Positions 49,001 to 59,600 of a stretch of 64,000 nt of DNA are shown here, in pieces (positions within the stretch are counted from its first letter, which is position 1; every line of letters starts with the position of its first letter). The DNA is taken from positions 139,748,001 to 139,812,000 of the forward strand of contig NC_042998.1 in NCBI RefSeq assembly GCF_006345805.1, read 5' to 3'. Both the position numbers and the translations under genes were made by a program. Under the pieces are notes generated by a model. That model saw only the letters and a list, made by a program, of their open reading frames with translations, had not been told where the DNA came from and ran no database searches. Source of the stretch: Octopus sinensis (taxonomy: Eukaryota).

Positions 49001-52000
49001 TAAGCAGTCACGTCAACATGATCTTGAAGCTACAAGATTATAGGATTAATTTTATAAAATGTGAATAAATACCTATTATATTTTTACAAAGTAATCTGAA
49101 TACTAAAGGGTTAATATAACAGAATGAAGACATGTGGATTAGTGGTTAGGGTCTTTGAGTTCAATTCCTGGTGACATGTTGTGTCCTTGAGCATGACACT
49201 TTATTTCGCGTTGCTCCAATCCACTCGGCTGGCAAAAATGAGTAGTACCTGTATTTCAAAGAGCCAGCTTTGTCACATTCTGTGTCATGCTGAATCATCA
49301 TCATCATCATTGTTTAACGTCCGCTTTCCATTCTAGCATGGGTTAGACAGCTTGACTGAGGACTGGTGAGCCAGAAGGCTACACCAAGTTCAATCTGATC
49401 TGGCAAAGTTTCTACAGCTGGACGCCCTTCCTAATGCCAACCACTCCAAGAGTGTAGTGGGTGCTTTTACATGCCACCAGCATGAGGGCCAGTCAGGCGG
49501 TTCTCTCTCTGAGAATTACATGAAGAGCCACTTGCACATGAATTTCATTTGCAAGCTGTTCTGTTGATTGGATCAACTGGAACCTTCATCATCATAAGTG
49601 ACAGAGTGCCAATGCCAGTAACATAAACAGCTGAATCTGTTTTTTAGTAAAAAAAAAAAAAGGCTCCTGTTTTTAAAATTAAGGACAAACTGTTGTGATA
49701 CTAAATTTTAGTACAACATGCACCTACAATAAAGACAGGCGGATTATGACTAGTGTTATGATCAACTTTTAAAGTCTAACTAATGAATTAGACGCCTTTG
49801 CTTGTCAAATTTGTTGTGCCAGCATACTACTCCTCTGCTATATTTCTTAAACATAACTGCCTTGTGGTTCTTAGTAACAAGACATAGATAGAGAAACATT
49901 TCACTGCTATGTTATTTAGTATAAGGTTATTTTCATATGATAGTCATAGAGGGCAATACTCCAGCCGGGCTGCAATCCAGTGATTGAATTCAGTAAAAGA
50001 ATGGAAGAATAAGCTTGAAAAAAAGATAATTTAAATAACTGAGAGGAGAAAATGATACATACATACATACATACACACATGCGCACACACACACACATAC
50101 CATTATTTGATGCCTTTATAAAAATATATATGTAGATAGATTGATAGATATACTGTAATGTATGCACACACACATATACAAATGTACACATACATACTCA
50201 TTCATTTATGTGTGTGTATACTGACTGATAGATTCATAGACAGGAAGATTGGAAGATATATCAGGAGATAGTTGAGTACAGCTGGTTGGATAAACAGAAA
50301 AAGAGAGGGAGCAAGTGAAAGTGTGTGAGTGAAAGAATCGGTAAGTAATAGGAATTCTTTTGTTTTTTCCATCAGGCAAAGAAAACCATTATTTTCTGAT
50401 GACTAAGGAAGGCCGCAAGTACATCTCGGTATTTCGGCAAGTGAGGTTTCACCATATTATCAACGATATGCAATCTGTAAAAACCCTTTATGCTGACCAC
50501 ATTGTTTCACCAGGTGAGTTTCATTTGCTCTTTATTTTAACAGATAAGTTTTTTTCTCTCTTGTAAAAATTATATTCCACACTGGCAATGACTGTTATAA
50601 GCGCCACTCTATATTTACAATGTCTAAAACTTTTGTTGCTTTCCAGAATGGTTGCAGCCTTACTTCACCTATCAGTGGAACAAAATGCTTGCAGTTGACC
50701 AAGGGTTAGATAAAGGGTAAGAATATATTTCCCATTAATGTTATATAGTTTATACTTATTAGAGTGACATATTGTTTTTCTGAAATAACTAGTTATGTCC
50801 CATAACTCATTTGGTTACTGGATGACCACTGAGGTCTTTATCTTCATGTTAGTGAGTCAGAGGACACTGCAATGGAATGGAATTAGTTTTCTTTTCTTTA
50901 CTTAAGCCATTGTGATGATTTGAATTCATTGTTAGTTAGGGTGAGAGAGAGACCATGGTTTTTAACCCTTAAGCTTTCAGATTATTCTGTTAAATGTAAT
51001 GCTGAAAAGGAGTAAAGACCCCCTTTGGTCATGAATGACCATGAGATTGCACCTAGAAAGTTCTTCTCTGAGGCACAAGTTCGAGTAAGGTTGTTTATGG
51101 AAGACCAGCAGTGACTCATGCATACCAGCCTACCCTCTCTACTGATGTTATCCAAGGGAAAGGCAAAGGTCTATATAGCTTGGTCCCAGTGACATTGCAA
51201 TTCATTTCTATAGCTGAGTGAACTGAAGCAATGTGAAGTAAAGTGTCTTGCTCAAGAACACATCACACAGCCCAGTCCAGAAATCAAACTCACAACCTCA
51301 CAGTAGTTAGCTCAACGCTCTAATCACTGAACCATGTGCCTATGTAATGCTTATATATTCACATTATTTTGAATTACTCATGTATTATCTTGTAGCTTTC
51401 AGATTTCAATAATGTGACTGTTTAGAATGACAGATGTTGGATAAGTGTGAGAGGCCAGATCTGGCCAGTTTGAACATAAAACAAGTAGGATATTTGGGCC
51501 GGATATGCCTGGTTTAAATGCTAAAGTGTTAATGTGGTAAAATAGACTTGAGATTTTAGAGATCTTTACTGTAGAATCGAGCATTACTCATGATAACCAT
51601 CATATATGTATATGTGTGCATAGCGAATTTGACAATACTTCAGTGTCATAAACTAGATATGACTCTCTTGTTCTTAATTCCAAGTATTATCACTATTGTG
51701 TTGTATTGTACATTTAAACAAGATACAATATACTACTTCCCTTTGACTTGGTCAATTTGCCTGTCCATTCACAGTCAAAGACTTGGTGTTAGGAAAAACA
51801 ACTTAAAGAATTTGAAAATATTCATTTTTGATACATTATTCTAAGTTGTCTTAGGAAAATAGTTTAATATGGACCTAGTTTTGATGTTAATGATGTAGTA
51901 ATTAGGGTTGTTCTTTGTTCCCCTTAACCTCACTGTAAACCTGTTTATTTGTTAGGATATCACAGAAGACCTTGTCTTTATGTAATAATGCAAGAGAATA

Positions 52001-53582
52001 GATACAGGAGTAATTTTCTATTACCTTTTGTAGAGCCATGAATGAATTTTATTTCAGTACTGCCCACTACTTAATGGATATCTTGGTGGTTTACCATAGC
52101 AGACTACAGTTCTTGGAAGGCATCTAGTTTAATTGTTAGGATATTTGACTCAATATTGTAAAGTTGTGAGTTTGATACCTGGTGATGTATTGTGTGCTCC
52201 AGTCCACTCAGCTGGCAAAAATGAGTTGTACCTGTATTTCAAAGGGCTGGTGTTGTCACATTCAGTGTCATACTAAATCTTTCTGAGTACTATGTTAAGG
52301 GTACACATGTCTGTGGAGTGCTCAACCACTTGCATATCAATTTCATGAGAAGGCTGTTCAATTGAGGCTTTACTTAGGACAAATGCCTATTAATGAGATG
52401 TAAACAGCCAACTCTTAAACTATTGGACCAAAACTTCATTGGCTCAATGAAGAGGGAATCTTCTAGAAAGATGTAATCATTGATCTTAATGTTACTTAGC
52501 TTCAGTATTATTTAACATTACCTCTAATAGTGCAGCTTTAAATTCTAAAATGTTGGATCTAATTGCATTTTGGTTATCATGTCCTTTTTTTAATTTTATT
52601 TCTATATCAATCAACTTTAGACCACAACAACTTTCTGAGGAGGAGTTTAACAAAACAGCTATGCGATGTGGAAGAATTCTACAAAAAAATGGCAAAGTAT
52701 GTACTTCAGATTTCTCCAATCCTTCAACTCTTTTGTTACCATATTTCTATTGAAAGACAATGCTTTTGTTTCAATTAATTTTGATGTTTGGAAGATAAAT
52801 TAATATAAAATTTTTATAGGATGTTTTAATTTACATTGCTTTAAAACAGAATTTGTTATCATAAAATCAAGGGTGACCTCAGGTGAGTTGGGATCAAAAG
52901 GGTTAAGGTGATAGTTTCACCTCCTAACACCAATTCCTGAGTAATTTTCAACCAATGGTAGCAATTGTCTGCACAACACATTGGACCTAGCAAGGTTTAA
53001 ACACATACACATCCTGACCCCGGGCCAGTTTCCCAATGACTGAATTCTGTGCATAGATTTGGTGACTGAATAATTCAGCAAGGAGTAGACCCATTCTGTA
53101 TTCAAAGAATGTGTAGTTGCTACCCTGAAAGTGTCGATTTTGGCCTCACACTAGGTGTTATTTTTCTTGTGTGTGTATGATTTTTAAATGTTTAACCTTT
53201 GATTGATTCTATTGTTTTGGGAGACCTTGCTAGGAGACAAATCTTTCAACAGTATTCAAAAACTGTTGCCCTCAATAATACAGTTGTAGACAAATATGTT
53301 TGTTGTGGTTATTACTGTATCTTCCTCCTACTACTCTTTGTTGCTCAAATAATTCTTTACTAATAAAACTTCTCTGTTGCAGTATTGCTGGCGGTGGACT
53401 GGTTACAGCTATGGCTTTGATTTACTGATTATTCTCACTAAAAGGTACCAAGTATATCTCTATATAAATTTAGGTATCTCTATCCATGCATGCATGGAAG
53501 GCGGACATTAAATGATGATGATGATGACCTGTATATCTCTCTATATTTATATATCTAATTATATCTCTCTCTGTATGTGTGT

Positions 53583-53644
<62 letters not shown>

Positions 53645-56600
53645 TTACATATCTAACTTAGTCTCTTTACATATCTTTATACATTTAATTCTCTCTCTTT
53701 ATATATATATACATACACACACACATATATATATAATAGTACATCTTTATATAGCTAGCTGTATATTTCTCTTCTCCATCTTGTAATCTGTTCTCTCACT
53801 TGCTCTAGCCATGTCCATTTGTAGTTTAATATTGATTCTTACCTTGATACAAATTCACACATTTTGAAGAGAGGGTACATCAATTTAATGAACCTCAGTA
53901 CAAGATTACTACTTAAATTATTAAGTTCAAAAGATGAAAGCAAAATAAACAGAATACAACACGATGTTAGCTTAATACTACCCTGAACTAATGAGAAGAC
54001 CTCTTCATGGTTATACAACTTGCTAGAAATAACAACAAAATCACCCTCACATCACACTACTATCTTAAAGAAAAAAGGACACATTAGATAAATTAGTCCT
54101 TGATATATGTCTCAACAATTACAGGATGGCCATGGCTGGAATGCTTTTGATTATAGGCCTTCTTTAATAGAGCTAAACTAGAGTTACACAACAACTAAAT
54201 ACCTAAAGTATTTAATCCATTTCAATGGATTCTGCCACTCACAATGAAAAAACATCAAGTAATTGCTAAATATTTGGTCTAAATACAGTTGCTTTGAGCA
54301 CAATAAAGAAACAAATATGTAAAAGGCACCTGTGCTGGTGACATGTAACAGACACCCATACCAGTGACATGTAAGGGGGCACTTGAACTGGTAACATATA
54401 AAAGACACCCAGTACACTCTGTAAAGTGGTTGGCATTATGAAGGGCATCTAACAATAGAAACCAACCCAAACAGATGACTGGAGCTTGGTGCAGCTCCCT
54501 GCCTTACCACCTCCAGTCAAACTGTCCAACCCATGCCAGTATGGAAAACAGACACTAAATAATGATAATGGGTAATATGAACAACAGATAATTTTGGGTT
54601 GTTTGTCTTTTGTGTTTTGATGTTTTAAAGCTGTGGTTCCGAAACTTTTTCGGCCTGCTGCCTCTTTGACACCCATGCCAAATTCCTAGTGTCCCCACCC
54701 CAACTAACCGTCACAAACATAAACCTCTTTCTAAAGCAAATTCAAAGTAACTGCATTTCACAAATAAAACTTAACCTAATGGACCCATTATTTTAGTTGT
54801 TTTTACATGAATCACTACCCCATTGTTGCCCCACTTTTTGCATGAATTGCTAACCATTATCACTCCACTTTTTCTTCAATGCCGCCCCCCCCCCCCACCG
54901 AGTGGGAGGGCAATACCGCCCACTTTGGGAACCACTGTTTTAAAAATTGAAAAGATAATGAGACTATCAGACTTAACTGATATCATTAATGATAGTATTT
55001 AAACCAACGTTTACTCATGTTCACTCGATCATTTATTCAATGACTATTTTCCTATGCAAGTATGGGTTGGATTAGAGACTTATTTGAGACAGTATTTTAT
55101 AACTTGATACTCTTCCTGTTGCCATCCTTTTCTGTTTTTCAAGTAAGGGGGTTTATTCTTCACTGGTCTTTGAAAGTATAGAGTAACCAGTCAATATCAG
55201 CAAGGAATGTAAACACAATAGCATTGTTGCACTCAGATGATGGTAAGTGAAGCTGTGGAACGTCAACATTTGCACACATATATCTATGTATGTATGCAAG
55301 CATGTATGGTATAATGATATATAGGTTCCCATACAGTTTTCTCTCTACTAATTCTACTCTCAAGGCTTTCATCAGCTCAGGGCTATAGAAGAAAACCCTT
55401 GCCCAGGGTGCTGCATTGTGGGACTGAAACTGAAACCGTGTGATTGCTAAGTAAACTTCTTAACCATACGGCGCCCCCTTCTCTCTCTCTCTCTCTCTCT
55501 CTCTCCCTCTCATTCTTCTAGTTCACTTGATAAATATGAGCATGCTCTCTTCGTATTTTCACGTCAGAAAATTAAACAGCATCCGTAGTTAATTGTCTCA
55601 ACATCAGAGCAACATTGTTATATTTTCGAACTCACGAGGGGACCAAAAATAAAAAAGCTCAGCCTGGCAGCTGAATTTGATTCTTTAATAAAATATCCGA
55701 TAGTCATTGCTGGAACGTCATCGATCATATTGTCTGCTCGATCAAGACTGACCTGCTGCTTAAACGTACAATAAATAGTAAACAATGTCTCCTCTCGCTA
55801 AAAATAAACTGAAGCAAAAGTTCTTAGATATCTTTGTTCAAAGACGCTCCGTCATTCTTACGCTGTACAACACCTGAAAATAAACAGTCGATTACTTGTC
55901 ACTCAAATGTGGTTACTCGGACGCCTCGTTCAATTTGCAGCTCTCAGCATTTCTAAAATATTACATAAAATGAGCCAATGAAGAAGCTACTTTGTGGTTC
56001 GCTCGACAAACTATAAATAGCAGCCGAAACTCCGTTGAATCAGTAACCTACTGTTTTAAAGAAGGAAAAACACATTGAAGTATGTAGTCAGTAATGTACA
56101 AAATGGTTATGGTGTGGATCCTCTTTGATGATAAGAGTGTTCCATCATGGCAGGCCTTTGGCTAATGAAGGACACTACATTAAATAAACTCTAATCTTTT
56201 TATTTCCGTTTAGATTATTTTTTGTCATTGAGAGTTATTTCCCTTAGATACTTTTGCAACAAGAGTTATTCCCCCCTCACCGTTAAATATTAATCGAGCT
56301 CAAAGCTTTATTTACGATTTGACTTTTCTGTGCTGGTATATCTTTGCCTCCCAATTGTGCAGTCGCTAGACTGCGGCTATGCAGTGGCTCCGCCTTGAAG
56401 AACTTTTAGTCGAATGAATTGTCCCCAGTACTTGTTTTTTAAAATCTCTCTTTGCCGAAATGCAGGGACGTAAACACACCAACACCATTTGTCGTGCGGT
56501 GGTGGGGGACAAACAAGACACAAACACACACATATATGTGGCAGGTGAGGTGAGGTGGTCTTCTTTCAGTTTCGGTTTCTACGAAATCCACTCAAAAAGG

Positions 56601-59600
56601 CTTTGGTCGGCCCGAGGCTATAGTAGAAGACGCTTGCCCAACGTGCCATGCAGTGGGACTGAACCCAGGACCATTTGGTTGGGAAGCAAGCTTTTTACCA
56701 TACATCCACGCCTGTAATCTATTGAAGAAGTTCGTGGAATTTCTTCTTTCTTTATTGTAAACAGTTATTGTCTGTATAAACTTGTTATAAACTTAATGTT
56801 TTGTGTTAGAAATATTTAAACTTTGGAGTTTGACTTCGTTTGGAAAGATGTCACTTGATCTGAGACCATTTAGAATTACAGCATAAACTGTTATATGTAA
56901 TTTTGTTTTATTTTAAAACATTATTGATGTATACTATAAAATATTGAAAAGTTCCCTCGCATGTAGATGCAGGCGTGAATGTATTGTAAGAAGCTTGCAA
57001 CACAGGTTCAGCCCCACTGCATAGTACCTTGGACAGGTGTTCTCTACTATAGTCTTGAACAGACCAAAGCCTTGTGAGTGAATTTGGTAGATGGAAACTA
57101 AAAGAAGCCTGTTGTATATAAATATATGTATATATCTGTGTATGCGTGTGTGTGTCTTTGTGTCTGTGTTTTTCCCCCACCACTGCTTGATAACCATTGT
57201 TGGTGTGTTTACAGACCTGTAACTTAGCAGTTCAGCAATACACACCGATAGAATAAGTTCTAGACTTCAAAAAAAAAAAAATTGTCTTGGGGGTCGATTG
57301 TTCTATTAAAACTCTTCAAGGTGGTGCTTCAGCATGGCTGCAATCAAATAACTGAAACAAGTAAAAGATAAAAGCTACAACTTGACATTCACCCATCTCA
57401 CAACATCACTGCATTGGAATTACATTAGTAACGTTAGTAATCAAATCTTAAAGCAAAGCATCTTCTGATACTTTATAGTATATGATGCTATTAAAATATG
57501 TAAGAGTATATATTGTGTGTTTTTAAGTGAGTAATATGACTCATACATTGCACTTGTTTTATTTAATATACAGGATGTTTTTAAAAAATTCTTCCAACCA
57601 CTTTAAGTGTTTTGAATTTTCACTAGATTTTTTTCAAATTTTCTGCATTGATGTTGTTTTCCACACTCAGGATGAAAATCTGTATTTTCGTAGGTTTTTT
57701 TAGGTTAGGGGGGTGGGGTCTAGAAATTAATAATAAAATAGTTACAAGTAATTAAAGTTATGTCATTTTAGCCAAAATGCTTTCTATTTAAATGCAGTAA
57801 CACTGAATAGTTAAGAATTGCACTTCACAACCACAGGGCTCTAGGTTCAATCCCACTGCATGGCATCTTGGATGAATGTAATTTTCTACAGCCTCTGGCC
57901 AACTCATACCTTGTGAGTGAAATTGGGTAGATGGAAACTGTGTAGAAGCCCAATGGAGGGATTATACTTACAATTCAAAGACACAGCCCTGTCACATGCA
58001 TCAGGCTGATTCTGGCTGAGAATTATGTTAATGGTGCACATGTCCGTGGAATACTCAGCCACTTACATGTTAATGCATTTGATTGAACAACTGAACCCCT
58101 ATCATTGTAACCAGCAGAGAACTCTCCATCCTTCCATGCTTTCTACTGTTCTCCCATGATCTCATAAAACAAGGGATTCCATTTTATAATTGTTCCAGTA
58201 ATTTCTTTTTAATTTTTATAAGTTGTTTCATTTCCCGACAATAACTGTTAACTAATGAGATGTGAGTGTCACATAATTCTTGGCATGGTTAGCAACCATG
58301 GGGCCCTCGACACCAGCAGTTCCCAAACTTTTTCAAGCTGCTGCCCCCTTGGCACCTGGGCCACATTCCTAGCACCTCCTACCCCACTCACCACCACAAA
58401 CACAGACCACTTTCTTCAGCAAATTCAAATCAACTGCATATCACAAATAAAACTTAACCTAAGTAACCCATTATTTTGGTTTCTTTATATCCATTGCTCC
58501 CTTTTGGCCATTCCACTATCACCCCCTCTTTTCTTCAATGCCCTCCCCGATCTTTTCACCCCCCACCCCCAAATACCACCCACTTTAGGAACCACTGCTC
58601 TATACAGTTATTGAACCTTTCAGCAACAGCACACTTAAATCAAACCTAACTTACTGTGTGTGAAAAATAAAAGACTTGATGGTCACAGCTGGCAGACCTC
58701 TCTTCATGGACTTTCTGGATCAAAATTGGTTAGTTGCTAAACAACAACATGTTTAGTTGAAGCTTTCAATAATATTGCTCCTTTCAATAATATCAGCTGC
58801 AGCCTCAATAGCCATTGTTTGATGCCTACTGCCATACTGACTCAACATCATTCATTTTATCACTTCCACACATTTGCTACAGTTTTCCAACATCCACGTT
58901 TTAGACTTTATCATTGTATGGAATTGAGGAGTTTGTTTCTCAATCCCACATGGGAAGCACACTTCTTAAGCCTTGTGAGTGGCTTTAGTAGATTGAAACT
59001 GAAAGGAGGCCATCATATGTAGGACATGTATGTGTGTGCTAACATTTGTGCTTCTCAAAACAATTGGTGGTTTTGTCATTTCCCCTGTAAACAAATTGCC
59101 CACTAGCTTTGTGCCTTCAAAGATGTGTGAAATAACAAGGGAGCCCTTATTTTCAAAATAGATAAGGTTTAGCGACAGGCAGGGTGTATTTCAGTAATAT
59201 ATATATTCATCTAACCCGTATAAAAACAAACAGATGAATCATAAATTCACAGTCATTTCATTTGTATTTTTTCAGGGGTTTTGTCTTCAAGAGAAACACG
59301 CAAAGTCAACCATACAATGGATCTGTTAGTCTACAACCAACCCGGAGAATATTTTATAAGTAATATTTAAATTTTACTGTTTTGATAAATCTTTCTTATT
59401 CCTTTCTTTCTTTATTTTGTTCTTTCTCTTGTACTTCATTGCTTTTGCTCTTCTTATTCACCTTGTGAAGGCACATGGCCTAGTGATTAGTGTGTTGTAC
59501 TCATGATCACAAGATCATGGTTTTGATTCCTGTACCAGATTGTACATTGTGTTCTTGAGCAAGACACTTTATTTTACAATACTATGGTCTACTCAGCTAT

